Part shown: one piece after another, positions 18,747 through 28,893 of the stretch | Layout of the letters: the number at the start of each line of letters is the position of its first letter | How positions within the stretch are numbered: position 1 is the stretch's first letter | Assembly (NCBI GenBank): GCA_963766885.1 | Contig: CAVYBO010000001.1 | Span: forward strand, 4,352-68,351 | Reading direction: 5' to 3' | DNA: 64,000 bases | Origin: an uncultured bacterium | Lineage (GTDB): Bacteria; Patescibacteriota; Minisyncoccia; Phycocordibacterales; CAIRYW01 | Program-made: the position numbers and the translations under genes | Notes under the pieces: generated by a model | What the model was told of the DNA's origin: nothing | Databases searched by the model: none | Seen by the model: the letters and a program-made list of their open reading frames with translations, nothing else

Positions 18747-19358
18747 ATGAGAAAAATTTTACTATCAATAGTTTCTATTCTCCTAATAATTGTAATTGTT
18801 GAGTTTCAATCCTGTAGTTTTATATCAACTTTTTGGTCAAATTTGCTATCGAGCGCTACAATTACGATTCTATTTGGAATCTTCATCGATCAATTTACTG
18901 AACTTACAAAGAAACCTTCATTAAGAATGGTAATAAAACAAGGTAGGTCTTATTCAGATAGAATAGTTCTTACTTGTAGAGAGGATGGAAATTACGAGAC
19001 ATCTTTTAGAATAGCAATCAGAAATGATGGAAATAAAATGCTGAAACCAGCAGAAGGATATTGGCATTTTTACTTACCAAATGCTCAAGACGTTAAACCT
19101 GATGGTGAAGCAGCTAAATTTGTTAGTTCTGATAATGACCATATTCGTAACTGCATTGATTTACCCATTTTTCCGAAATCATTTTTGGATGTAGGACCAG
19201 AATTTAAAATTACTATTCCCAAAGCCGACGTTGAAACATTTAAGGTTTACTATTTTTTTGAGACTAACTACGGTTACTTTCCTAAGACTATATCAATGGA
19301 CCAAAATACAGGTCTTATTGAATTCAATAGAATGACAAAGATTCCTATTAAGTATTAA
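18747..19358 (+). CDS. Membrane-anchored hypothetical protein (first gene of the R-M islet)
   Basis: 203 aa, two N-terminal TM segments. Confidence 0.4.
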   Translation: MRKILLSIVSILLIIVIVEFQSCSFISTFWSNLLSSATITILFGIFIDQFTELTKKPSLRMVIKQGRSYSDRIVLTCREDGNYETSFRIAIRNDGNKMLKPAEGYWHFYLPNAQDVKPDGEAAKFVSSDNDHIRNCIDLPIFPKSFLDVGPEFKITIPKADVETFKVYYFFETNYGYFPKTISMDQNTGLIEFNRMTKIPIKY

Positions 19359-19464
19359 CTAATCAGGAGAAGTATTTCAGCCAATATATAAATTGGTATA
19401 ATGAAAACTGCTTACAATAAGCTCCCTCGCTTTTTTCTGACCTAAAAAATGATAAAATAATATT

Positions 19465-21039
19465 ATGCCTTTAGTATCAATCCCAGAAGCATCTAAATGG
19501 GCAACTGATTATCTTGCCAAAGAAGTGTCGCCAACAAACATTTCTTATCTTGTTCAATATGGCAAGGTTAAAAAGCATGGTGAAAATGGTTCAACTCTTG
19601 TTGATTTGGGTGATCTAAAAAAATATTATGAATCGTATAATGGAAAGCGTGAAATAAGCTGGAAAAAAAATCTTGGTGATGATTTAAACTGGACATTATC
19701 TTTTGATAATCTTCGGGAAAAAGATACAACGAAACATGTTCATAGGCTCCATCCTTACAAAGGAAAATATATTCCTCAACTTGTTGAATATTTTATAGAT
19801 AAACACATTGACGATTTTAAAAAAGAAAAATATTTTAATCCTGGAGACATTATCCTTGATCCATTTTTAGGTTCTGGAACAACAATCATTCAATCACTAG
19901 AAACCGGTCTTCATGCAATTGGTGTTGATGTTTCAGAATTTAATTGCATGATTTCTAGTTGTAAGGCATCGGTTTATGACAATAAATATTTAGAAAATAC
20001 AATCAAGAAAATGCTATTTTCACTTGATACATTCGAGCAGGACAACAAAATTGAAGATTTTGAAAATGAGCTTTTAGCAGAGCTAGCAAAATTTAATGGA
20101 GTACATTTTCCTGGTTATGATTTTAAATACAAAGTTAATCAAGGAAACTTCAATGAAAATAAATTTGCAGTAGAAAAAGAAAAAGAATTTTTACCCGTAT
20201 ATAAAAAATTACTTAAAAAATATTCAATTAAACTGAAACAAGAAAAATCTAATTCTTTTTTAGATATCTGGTTTATGGATAATGTTCGTAAGGAGATAGA
20301 CTATGTATTTGAATCTATTAAGCAAGAAAAAGATGTCAAAACTAGAAAAATCCTTGCTCTTATTTTAAGTCGAACAATTAGATCGTGTCGTGCAACAACT
20401 CATAGCGATTTAGCCACACTAAAAGAACCACAACTTACAACTTATTATTGCTATAAACATAAAAAAATTTGTAAACCTCTTTTTTCAATAAAAACAATGC
20501 TGAATCGTTATGCGTTTGATACTTTAAATCGTATTAAAGAATTTAATAGCTTACGTAAGCCAGTACACTACTCTGTTCTAACTGGAGACTCGAGAACAGT
20601 AAACATCTTTGATAAAATAGAAAAGCAAAATCCAGAATTATCTAAAATTCTTAAGAAGCAAAAAATCGCGGGCATTTTCTGCTCTCCTCCATATGTTGGA
20701 CAGATTGATTATCACGAACAGCACGCTTATGCTTACGATCTTCTAGGATTCAAGCGAAAGGATGAATTAGAAATAGGTCCTCTATATAAAGGACAAGGAT
20801 TAGAAGCAAGACGATCATATGTTCAAGGAATTGCAGATGTATTAAACAACTGTAAGAATTACCTCAAGGATGATTTTGACGTTTTTCTTGTTGCAAATGA
20901 TAAATATAATCTTTATCCAGAAATTGCAGAAAAGTCTGGAATGAAAATTGTAAATAAATTCAAGCGGCCAGTGTTGAATAGAACGGAAAGAGATCGAAAT
21001 CCTTATTCAGAAATAATTTTTCATTTCAAATCAAAATAA
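19465..21039 (+). CDS. DNA methyltransferase (N6-adenine or N4-cytosine family)
   Basis: Motif I ILDPFLGSGTT and motif IV CSPPYVGQIDY separated by a putative TRD. Confidence 0.8.
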   Translation: MPLVSIPEASKWATDYLAKEVSPTNISYLVQYGKVKKHGENGSTLVDLGDLKKYYESYNGKREISWKKNLGDDLNWTLSFDNLREKDTTKHVHRLHPYKGKYIPQLVEYFIDKHIDDFKKEKYFNPGDIILDPFLGSGTTIIQSLETGLHAIGVDVSEFNCMISSCKASVYDNKYLENTIKKMLFSLDTFEQDNKIEDFENELLAELAKFNGVHFPGYDFKYKVNQGNFNENKFAVEKEKEFLPVYKKLLKKYSIKLKQEKSNSFLDIWFMDNVRKEIDYVFESIKQEKDVKTRKILALILSRTIRSCRATTHSDLATLKEPQLTTYYCYKHKKICKPLFSIKTMLNRYAFDTLNRIKEFNSLRKPVHYSVLTGDSRTVNIFDKIEKQNPELSKILKKQKIAGIFCSPPYVGQIDYHEQHAYAYDLLGFKRKDELEIGPLYKGQGLEARRSYVQGIADVLNNCKNYLKDDFDVFLVANDKYNLYPEIAEKSGMKIVNKFKRPVLNRTERDRNPYSEIIFHFKSK

Positions 21040-21042
21040 TTT

Positions 21043-21822
21043 ATGGCTTTATCTAAAGAACAAACAAAAAGTGTAGAAGAAGTTTTGAAGGCAAGTTTGC
21101 GTAATAAGTTTCAAAACTATAAACCTGAACCAGCATCAATGCCTTTTCATACTCGTTTGCTTGGCAAAGACAGACTTGCTTTGTATTCTTTTATCCATTC
21201 ATTAAATACAAATTTTGGTACAAGTATATTTGAGCCAGTTGGCTTAGCGTTAGCACAAAAGAATTTTAAAATGGCAGCTTCACAAGCTACAGCTGGAGAT
21301 CAAATTAGTACAGAGGCACAGGTTGAAATTCAAAAAATTATTGATGGTCTTATTACCGCGACAAATTCTCCAAGCAAAACAGAAGAAATTGAAAGGATAC
21401 GCAAAGTTTGTCAAACGGGTGAAATGATTAAGGTTAAGCCGACAAAAGTTGATTTGATGTTTGAATCAAAGGACGGCGCATATTTTTTATTTGATATCAA
21501 AACAGCAAAACCAAATGCTGGCGGCTTTAAAGAATTTAAGCGCACACTTCTTGAATGGGTTGCTGTCGTTTTGGCAAATAAACCAGATGCGAAAATAAAT
21601 ACTTTTATTGCAATTCCTTATAATCCTTATGAGCCAGAACCATATACTCGTTGGACAATGCGAGGAATGCTTGATCTGGAAAATGAACTTAAAGTCGCAG
21701 ATGAGTTTTGGGATTTTCTTGGTGGTAAAAATACTTATAAAGATTTACTCGACTGTTTTGAAAGAGTTGGTATTGAGTTGAGAGATGAAATTGATACTTA
21801 CTTTAAGCGCTTCAATAAATAA
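21043..21822 (+). CDS. Putative cognate type II restriction endonuclease (by position only)
   Basis: 259-aa ORF 4 nt downstream of the MTase; no motif I can name confidently. Confidence 0.35.
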   Translation: MALSKEQTKSVEEVLKASLRNKFQNYKPEPASMPFHTRLLGKDRLALYSFIHSLNTNFGTSIFEPVGLALAQKNFKMAASQATAGDQISTEAQVEIQKIIDGLITATNSPSKTEEIERIRKVCQTGEMIKVKPTKVDLMFESKDGAYFLFDIKTAKPNAGGFKEFKRTLLEWVAVVLANKPDAKINTFIAIPYNPYEPEPYTRWTMRGMLDLENELKVADEFWDFLGGKNTYKDLLDCFERVGIELRDEIDTYFKRFNK

Positions 21823-21972
21823 ACCACATGACCGAAGAATTATTTGAATTCGCAAAAGACAATGATTTGAGTTTTGATGAAGCGATTGAGGTGCAGGAGG
21901 TTGCTGACGACCAAAGCTTGGATTTGGATGAGGCATATGAGATTTGGCAAGGAAATCAATAGAGAATCAATA

Positions 21973-22392
21973 ATGAGGAAACGCATAGCACTTTATAAAC
22001 TCAAATTTCCGCGTATTTTTAAGGTGCGCAGGCGAAAGGTGAGAAGCAAAAAACCAAGCGCCAAGTATCTGAAGTTCAAAGACGCTGCTCAACAACTAGC
22101 AGAGGAGAAAATTGAAAAGTTTAATAAAATTTACAATTTTAAGTTGGGTAAAATAAGTATCAAAAATCAAAAGACTCGTTGGGGCAGCTGTTCGAGCAAA
22201 GGGAATATAAATTTTAATTACAAGATCGCGCTTTTGCCCGAGAGAATTTGCGACTATATTGTGGTTCACGAGCTTTGTCATCTGGGAGAATTTAATCACT
22301 CTAGAAAATTTTGGAATTTGGTGGCTGTAGCCGTGCCCGATTATGCAGATATTAGGGCGCAATTGAAAAGAAGTGACTTAAGGTTTTATTAG
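21973..22392 (+). CDS. YgjP/DUF45-like metal-dependent hydrolase (HExxH)
   Basis: VVHELCHLGEFNHS motif; start moved to the internal ATG. Confidence 0.5.
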   Translation: MRKRIALYKLKFPRIFKVRRRKVRSKKPSAKYLKFKDAAQQLAEEKIEKFNKIYNFKLGKISIKNQKTRWGSCSSKGNINFNYKIALLPERICDYIVVHELCHLGEFNHSRKFWNLVAVAVPDYADIRAQLKRSDLRFY

Positions 22393-22472
22393 TATGTAAA
22401 GAAAGTGGCAGACAATCGTCTTCACTTATAAGTAGCAAAGGTCGATTTATAAGCCATAAATCGCACAAATAT

Positions 22473-22652
22473 ATGACATGGCAAGGATGGATAAATTTTG
22501 TCGTGGGTCTTTGGGTTATTATTACTCCTTTTCTCGGTATGTCCATGAGTTCTCTAGCCACTAATCTTGTAGTTTCTGGAATCATCGTTGCAGTACTATC
22601 ACTTTGGGAGGAATTCCAATACAAAGACATCAGAATGCACGTTCACGGATAA
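22473..22652 (+). CDS. Small two-TM membrane protein, not in the ORF track (59 aa)
   Basis: MTWQGWINFVVGLWVIITPF...; more plausible than the antisense 92-aa ORF 22352..22630. Confidence 0.35.
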   Translation: MTWQGWINFVVGLWVIITPFLGMSMSSLATNLVVSGIIVAVLSLWEEFQYKDIRMHVHG

Positions 22653-22721
22653 TTCTGCTGTTCCAAAAAGCCGCCTCCAAAAAGAGAGGCAGCTTTTTGG
22701 TGCGCGGATTTAGAATAATTT

Positions 22722-23327
22722 TTAAGCCGCTTCGATACTGGCGAATTTAGTAAAAACTATAAGACGATGATCATACGTTGATTTGTCAGCAGTCAATTTA
22801 CCGGCGCAAGTGATCAAGTTTAGTTCACGTATATTTCCGTTTTGGCCAAAAAGTGTTGATGCCGAAAGGGAAGCAAGCGCATAGGTGTTTGCAGCGGACA
22901 CTTTAAAATCAAGTTTCTGATTTTGGTCGGTGATGACGAATATATCATCGCCAGGTTTCAAATCTTTAAGACTATTAAATGCGGCAAATACGTGGGCGTC
23001 AAAAACAGAAGTGCCGATATTGCCTGGAACCGTGCCGTATTTGTACCAGCCGACATTTTTGGTTTTTCCGTTCGGAACAGCCATGTTACCGTTTTGGTCT
23101 TTTCCAACAGCCTGCACGGGTGAATTCAAATTTAATGAAGGAATAATGACTCTTACAGGATTGCCTAAATTGGCGGCAATATTTTTTGCCAAAGGAAGAG
23201 CTATTTTTTGCAAAGTGGGCAAAGTTGAAGCTGTAGCGGTTTCTTTGATGGGAAAAACAGCAAAAAACAGCACTGTTATTATAAAAAAAAGGCCCCATCG
23301 GGCGATCTTTGATACCTTCGTGTACAT
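22722..23327 (-). CDS. Sortase family transpeptidase
   Basis: N-terminal TM; catalytic LITCAG (TLxTC) motif near the C-terminus. Confidence 0.7.
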   Translation of the reverse strand: MYTKVSKIARWGLFFIITVLFFAVFPIKETATASTLPTLQKIALPLAKNIAANLGNPVRVIIPSLNLNSPVQAVGKDQNGNMAVPNGKTKNVGWYKYGTVPGNIGTSVFDAHVFAAFNSLKDLKPGDDIFVITDQNQKLDFKVSAANTYALASLSASTLFGQNGNIRELNLITCAGKLTADKSTYDHRLIVFTKFASIEAA

Positions 23328-23435
23328 ATTTGTATCGAATATTATAAACCACCTGTGGGTTTTGTATAGCTGTAATTATTAGTTTTTTGGAGCGTCTATA
23401 AGGGTGATAAAGGTCGTATTAATAGCTTAATTAAC

Positions 23436-23885
23436 ATGACCATGAAATTCACATCAATACTTTCTATCACGCTGATTGCTTCTGTTCTAGCTTTTGCTGG
23501 ATTAGCAAGTGCGCAAACCACAACAACTGTTACTATGCCTATTCTCTATAATGCTGATGGACAAGCGGTAAATACTTCAGGCGGAACATTGCCAGCAGGA
23601 ACTTACTATCTAGCATCTGGAGAAGTCGGTCCTGTAACTTATTATGGAGACGGTACTTACTATAACTCTGCAGCAGGAGTGTTCGGCGGCAGTGTCTATA
23701 ATGCAACCGGAGAAGCGGGTACGTTCACTGTGCCAGCAATGACCTCAACTGCAAGCGTCGGTATTCCAAACACTGGAGCAGGGGGTGATGCAATAGGCGT
23801 GTGGGTAACACTTGCTATTTCGGCTCTAGCTAGTATCGCAGGGGCTCTATATTTATCTCGCTCTCGTTATGAATTCACAAAGTAG
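23436..23885 (+). CDS. Sortase substrate: secreted protein with C-terminal IPNTG sorting signal, TM and basic tail
   Basis: Signal peptide; ...IPNTGAGG...hydrophobic...SRSRYEFTK. Confidence 0.65.
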   Translation: MTMKFTSILSITLIASVLAFAGLASAQTTTTVTMPILYNADGQAVNTSGGTLPAGTYYLASGEVGPVTYYGDGTYYNSAAGVFGGSVYNATGEAGTFTVPAMTSTASVGIPNTGAGGDAIGVWVTLAISALASIAGALYLSRSRYEFTK

Positions 23886-24567
23886 AGTTAAATATATCCT
23901 AGCAAGCGTGATCACGATCACCGGAGTGGTCGTGTTTGCGTTTGTATTTGTGAACGCAGCTATTTATACGCCAAATGGAGACACTGACGGACTTCAAGTC
24001 CCAACAACCACAACAGAAACTGCAAAAAATGATCCACTGTTGGCAATTCAGAATGTTAATAATAATGTCGCTGCTGTTGAAAGTGCTTCTGTAGCGCCTG
24101 CTGTCCCATCTGCTCCAAGTAATTTTCCTGATAAAATTTTAATACCTAAAATTTCTGTTGACGCCAGCATACAATATGTCGGTTTGACTACTAAAAACAA
24201 TTTGGCAGTGCCAAGCAATTTCATAGACACTGCCTGGTACGAGGACGGTCCGGTTCCAGGTCAAAATGGTACTGCAATTATTGATGGTCATCTTGACGAT
24301 GGTCTCGGCTTTCCTGCTGTCTTTTGGAATCTTTCTAAGCTTAGTGTGGGCGATGAAATTGATATTACTACAAACGGAGGGAGGACTTTGCGTTTTGCTG
24401 TTACCCAAACCGATACATACAATTACAATGATCCGAATGCTTCGGCGGAAATATTTGCTCAAAGCAATGCGCCGACCATTCGCTTAATTACCTGTGCCGG
24501 AAGCTGGGTAGAATCGGCAAAAATGTACAACGAGCGAACAGTTGTTACTGCGCAGTTAATAAATTAA
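23869..24567 (+). CDS. Sortase family transpeptidase (second copy)
   Basis: N-terminal TM; IRLITCAG motif. Confidence 0.7.
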   Translation: MNSQSRVKYILASVITITGVVVFAFVFVNAAIYTPNGDTDGLQVPTTTTETAKNDPLLAIQNVNNNVAAVESASVAPAVPSAPSNFPDKILIPKISVDASIQYVGLTTKNNLAVPSNFIDTAWYEDGPVPGQNGTAIIDGHLDDGLGFPAVFWNLSKLSVGDEIDITTNGGRTLRFAVTQTDTYNYNDPNASAEIFAQSNAPTIRLITCAGSWVESAKMYNERTVVTAQLIN

Positions 24568-24595
24568 ATTTTTTAAAAAATATTAAATAAGCTAT

Positions 24596-24626
24596 AAAAA
24601 GCATCCCGCATCCGGGGTGCTTTTTA
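24596..24626 (+). terminator. Rho-independent terminator
   Basis: aagcatcccg...cggggtgcttttt. Confidence 0.6.
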
Positions 24627-24901
24627 GGAGGTTATTCTACCTTAGTCTATGCCACACGTGGGTGCTTAAGGAATAGTCCAAGGACTACTGCGATATAATG
24701 CTCCCTTTTGTATTAAAGCAACAAAGGCGAATAGCTCTCCTACTTGTATATACGTACAGGAAGAGGATTTTTTACATTAACAAGAGAATATTTTGTGTTC
24801 TAATTTCAAGAATTTTTTATGCTAAAATTATACTACAAGCAATTTCTAGAATTGGTACCACATAACTTTGCGGTAAGAGATGATATTTTTATTCGTCTAC
24901 C

Positions 24902-25417
24902 ATGAAAGAGAAAAATAAAAAGAGATTCGAAAGCCTTTATGCAAAACAGTCTGATGCGATATATCGTTTCTGTCTCTTTCGTGTGTCGGATAAAGAAAAG
25001 GCTCTTGAGATAATGCAAGAATGTTTTTTAAAGTTTTGGGTTTTGCTCTCTGAAAACAAAAAAGATATTAATAGCGATAAAACCATGCTCTTTACGATAG
25101 CTAGAAATATGGTTATAGACTGGTACAGAAAGAAAAAAGCTGTTTCTCTGGAAGCTATGGCTGAGCAAGACGACGGAATTGTTGAAATCTTGGATGATCA
25201 CTTTTACGCGGATGTTTCGATGCAGGTGGAAGGAAAGTTTGCATTGGATAAAATAAATGAGCTTTCTCCATCCTACAGAAGTGCGGTTTACTTGCGATTT
25301 GTTGAAGGAATCGGACCCAGTGAAATTGCTGAAATAATGGGAGAAAGTTCAAACTCTGTGTCTGTAAAAATAAACAGGGGGATAAATGAATTGAGAAAAA
25401 AGCTCGGATATCAATAA
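24902..25417 (+). CDS. ECF-type RNA polymerase sigma-70 factor
   Basis: Region 2 IARNMVIDWYRKKK; region 4 HTH EIAEIMGESSNSVSVKINRG. Confidence 0.75.
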   Translation: MKEKNKKRFESLYAKQSDAIYRFCLFRVSDKEKALEIMQECFLKFWVLLSENKKDINSDKTMLFTIARNMVIDWYRKKKAVSLEAMAEQDDGIVEILDDHFYADVSMQVEGKFALDKINELSPSYRSAVYLRFVEGIGPSEIAEIMGESSNSVSVKINRGINELRKKLGYQ

Positions 25418-25426
25418 ATTAAGAAA

Positions 25427-26470
25427 ATGACCAACGATAATAATTTTAAAAAAAGAATAGAAGCGATAAAGTCCGTTAAATTGACGACTTCTGAAAAGGA
25501 GCAGGCGCTTAAAAGTATAATGAGCCAGATTGACGAGATGAAACTCGTGGAAAGCCCATATTTAGAGTTTTTTCAATACTTAAATAAAAAACCTGCGTAT
25601 GCCTATGTTGCGGCTTTGGTTTTGATTGCACTAATAGGTGGAAGTACTTCCTATGCCTCAGAAGCCGCATTGCCTGGAGATATTTTGTATCCAGTAAAAG
25701 TAGATGTCACTGAACCAATAGAAGGAGTGTTTACTTTGGGAGCTGCTGCCCAGGCTAATTGGCATGAAGAATTGGTAGAAAAAAGGCTTCAAGAATCGGA
25801 AACTCTTGCTCAAAATAATATGCTAAGTGCAAGCAACACGGATTCTATAAATATAAATGTTCAAACCTCAATAAAATCATTTGATAACGACATATCTAAT
25901 CTGGATAAAACTGATCCTGTAGAAGCCGACCAAGTAAAGATAAATTTTTTGACTAAAGCGGATATTTATTCAAAAATCTTACAAAAACTGAACTCAAATG
26001 AAAAACAGGTCTCCAATATTCAATCAATAAGAAATAATTTAAACCAAGCTATAGAAAACACATTTTTAGTTTCTTTGGAAGGAGATTCAACAAATACACC
26101 TATTGTTTCAGAGAGGGTAAATTATAATACTGAGTCGAAAGGAGACTATTACAAGCCGGCAAATAATATTGGCAATATAGAAAAAACTCAAATTACAACA
26201 GATGAATATAGTGCTAAATCCCCGATTGTTAGCACTACCACGAACCTAAATGCGTCTACTTCGACTTTTAATGCGGCGAGTTCTTCCCTGCAGATGTCTA
26301 ATACAAATATCCAAAGTAATGTTTCTGCGGGGATTTCTGGAACAGCGAGTAATTCCAGTTCAGTAACAAACTCGCCAATTCTAAGCACTCCACTCGGTAA
26401 TTCCTCTCCAGGCGCTGTAACCAGGCCCGCTCAGGCTACAACAAACTTAGTCAACAGTATTCTAAAATAA
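25427..26470 (+). CDS. Putative anti-sigma factor / single-pass membrane protein with Ser/Thr/Asn-rich extracytoplasmic region
   Basis: Immediately downstream of the ECF sigma gene; TM near residue 60. Confidence 0.4.
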   Translation: MTNDNNFKKRIEAIKSVKLTTSEKEQALKSIMSQIDEMKLVESPYLEFFQYLNKKPAYAYVAALVLIALIGGSTSYASEAALPGDILYPVKVDVTEPIEGVFTLGAAAQANWHEELVEKRLQESETLAQNNMLSASNTDSININVQTSIKSFDNDISNLDKTDPVEADQVKINFLTKADIYSKILQKLNSNEKQVSNIQSIRNNLNQAIENTFLVSLEGDSTNTPIVSERVNYNTESKGDYYKPANNIGNIEKTQITTDEYSAKSPIVSTTTNLNASTSTFNAASSSLQMSNTNIQSNVSAGISGTASNSSSVTNSPILSTPLGNSSPGAVTRPAQATTNLVNSILK

Positions 26471-26479
26471 TTTTTTTAA

Positions 26480-26605
26480 TTATTTAGACTTTTTAGCAGT
26501 CTTTTTCTCAAGCATTAGCTTCTTAGCAGCATGTCTTTTGGCTGTCTTGTGGCTATGCTTGAAGGCTTTCTTTGAGCTAACTCCGTGATTTATTCTTTTT
26601 ACCAT
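26480..26605 (-). CDS. Small highly basic protein (41 aa), possibly ribosomal; not in the ORF track
   Basis: MVKRINHGVSSKKAFKHSHKTAKRHAAKKLMLEKKTAKKSK. Confidence 0.3.
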   Translation of the reverse strand: MVKRINHGVSSKKAFKHSHKTAKRHAAKKLMLEKKTAKKSK

Positions 26606-26694
26606 ATGAATTTATTTGTTAATTGTAAATGCTAATTATACTACGCAATTGGAAAAAAAATTTATAAAAAATTCCATCTTTGCATTCGATGGAC

Positions 26695-26937
26695 TTAATC
26701 GAAGAACTGATGGCTGAAATACAAGCCGTCATCCCTAGAAGCGTCTAGGAAGAAGTGTCCAAGTATCTCAGCTTCTTCGTAAAGATGTAATTCAGGGAAT
26801 TTTCTGTGGAAGAAATCAAGCAAGAATTTGTGAAGCGGATAATCAGTTTCCAATTCATAGAATCCAAAACCTGATATATTGACCTTGGTCCCAGCTTTCA
26901 ACACTAGCTTGTGGTCTTCAAGAACAGTTTTGTACAT
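26695..26937 (-). CDS. Hypothetical protein
   Basis: 80-aa ORF. Confidence 0.3.
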   Translation of the reverse strand: MYKTVLEDHKLVLKAGTKVNISGFGFYELETDYPLHKFLLDFFHRKFPELHLYEEAEILGHFFLDASRDDGLYFSHQFFD

Positions 26938-27035
26938 AAAAATTTAATCTATTTATATCACAATAAGTTAAATATGTAAAGTTAAAATTGATAAATTCCA
27001 CTCCGTATAGTAATCTTTACTTGTTCATTATTTTC

Positions 27036-27108
27036 GGGCGATTAGCTCAGTTGGTAGAGCAGCTCATTTACACTGAGAAGGTCACAGGTTCAAGTCCTGT
27101 ATCGCCCA
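27036..27108 (+). tRNA. tRNA-Val (anticodon TAC)
   Basis: gggcgattagctcagttggtagagc...; anticodon loop ttTACac; T-arm acagg-ttcaagt-cctgt. Confidence 0.8.
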
Positions 27109-27111
27109 CAC

Positions 27112-28053
27112 ATGCAAATAGCTACATTAGTTATAACAATTATAGGCCTAGCGTTTTTTGAAGTTGTCTCAAGTATTGATAACGCCGTGGTCAATGCCGA
27201 AGTGCTGCAAACAATGTCCAAAAAAGCCAAGAGATGGTTTCTGGTTTGGGGTGTTGTTTTTGCCGTGTTTGTTGTCCGAGGAATTCTACCTTGGGCAATT
27301 ATCTGGCTTTCAAATCCAAGTCTTGGAATTTGGGGCGCTTTTAGTGCATCTTTTTCAAATAATCCAAGCATTTTGGAATCAATAGAAAAAACTGCGCCAA
27401 CGCTTTTGGTTGCCGGCGGAATATTTTTGCTCTTCCTATTTTTTTCCTGGCTTTTTTTGGAGCCAAAGCACTACGGGCTTTTTGGGGAGAAGTTTTTTAG
27501 AGCAAAATCAGTTTGGTTTTATGGAGTTGTTTCAATAATTTTGACTGTAATTGTTTATCTGTCGCTTGAAATAAATCCAATGATGGCCTTTGGAGCAGTG
27601 GTTGGATCAACAGCATTTTTTATTACAAATGGTTTCAAACAAAATGCTGAAAAAAGCGAAAAGAAACTTTTGAGCGGCTCATACAAACGTTCGGATTTGA
27701 GTAAAATACTTTATCTTGAAATTATTGATGCAACATTCTCAATTGACGGCGTGCTCGGAGCTTTTGCCTTTACACTTTCTGTGCCGCTTATAATTATCGG
27801 CAACGGCATCGGGGCGATAATTCTGCGCAACCTGACTGTTTCAAATATAGACAGTGTCAAAAAATATATTTTTCTAAAAAACGGCGCGATGTATTCTATT
27901 TTTTTCTTGAGCGTTGTTATGCTTTTGGATTCGTTTGGGTTTGCAATGCCGCAGTGGATTTCGCCTTTGATTACAGTTACGGTGGTTGGATACTTTTTTA
28001 TCAAATCGCACAGGCATTTGAAGCGTGGCAATAAGGGAGTTTATCTGTCATAA
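27112..28053 (+). CDS. TerC/DUF475-family integral membrane protein
   Basis: 313 aa, about 8 TM; N-terminal FEVVSSIDNAVV motif. Confidence 0.45.
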   Translation: MQIATLVITIIGLAFFEVVSSIDNAVVNAEVLQTMSKKAKRWFLVWGVVFAVFVVRGILPWAIIWLSNPSLGIWGAFSASFSNNPSILESIEKTAPTLLVAGGIFLLFLFFSWLFLEPKHYGLFGEKFFRAKSVWFYGVVSIILTVIVYLSLEINPMMAFGAVVGSTAFFITNGFKQNAEKSEKKLLSGSYKRSDLSKILYLEIIDATFSIDGVLGAFAFTLSVPLIIIGNGIGAIILRNLTVSNIDSVKKYIFLKNGAMYSIFFLSVVMLLDSFGFAMPQWISPLITVTVVGYFFIKSHRHLKRGNKGVYLS

Positions 28054-28071
28054 ATATTCTGCTTAAAATAA

Positions 28072-28836
28072 ATGAACAAAATAAAAAAAGAGCCAGGAAA
28101 GAATAAAAAGATAGAAATAATTTATGAAGATAGAGACGTGGCGGTAATAAACAAGCCAGCTGGAATTTCTGTGCATTCGGACGGCAAAAATTCAGAAGAG
28201 ACTTTGGTGGACTGGATAAAAAAAGATATTCCAAAGGCAAAAAAAGTTGGAGAGAATATGTTTACTGAGGAAGGCAAGGAAATTGAACGGCCGGGAATTG
28301 TCCACAGGCTTGATAAACAGACTTCTGGGGCGCTGATTATTGCCAAAAGTCAGGAGAGCTACGAATTTCTGAAAGATCAATTCAAAGCGAGAATTATTTC
28401 CAAAATGTATATTGCCTTTGCGGATGGCGCAATCAAAACTGAGCGGGGAATCATACGCAAGCCAATTGGCAGAAGCCGAAGCGATGCTCGCAAAAGATCA
28501 ACCAAAGCGGACGAAGACAAGTTAAAAGATGCCGAGACTGTGTATAGAAATATCAAAATATCAGACGGAGTAACTCTGCTTGCCTTGTGGCCAAAAACCG
28601 GCAGAACGCATCAAATCAGGGTGCATCTCAAAAGCATTGGACATCCGGTGGTTGCAGATGCTTTGTATGGCAAAAGGCAGAATAAACTCGGATTTAAAAG
28701 GCTGGCACTTCATGCCAGAAGCATTGCTTTCCAGACTGTTTCGGGTAAAAAAATGACAATAAAAGCGCCATTTGCAGCTGATTTCCAAAAGGTTATTGCG
28801 GATTTTGATGCTTCAGAAAATGAGTTGCTAAAATAA
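28072..28836 (+). CDS. RluA-family pseudouridine synthase
   Basis: Catalytic HRLDKQTSG motif. Confidence 0.8.
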   Translation: MNKIKKEPGKNKKIEIIYEDRDVAVINKPAGISVHSDGKNSEETLVDWIKKDIPKAKKVGENMFTEEGKEIERPGIVHRLDKQTSGALIIAKSQESYEFLKDQFKARIISKMYIAFADGAIKTERGIIRKPIGRSRSDARKRSTKADEDKLKDAETVYRNIKISDGVTLLALWPKTGRTHQIRVHLKSIGHPVVADALYGKRQNKLGFKRLALHARSIAFQTVSGKKMTIKAPFAADFQKVIADFDASENELLK

Positions 28837-28893
28837 AGTCCTGTATGTTAAAGTCTTTGTCACGCTAAGTAAATTAGGCAGCAGATTAATCAG

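Noticed and set aside
24840-24901. ECF-type autoregulatory promoter (ggtacc ... cgtcta) upstream of the sigma factor gene
   Set aside because: The candidate -10 lies only about 5 nt from the ATG and the -35 match is weak. Not convincing without transcript data.
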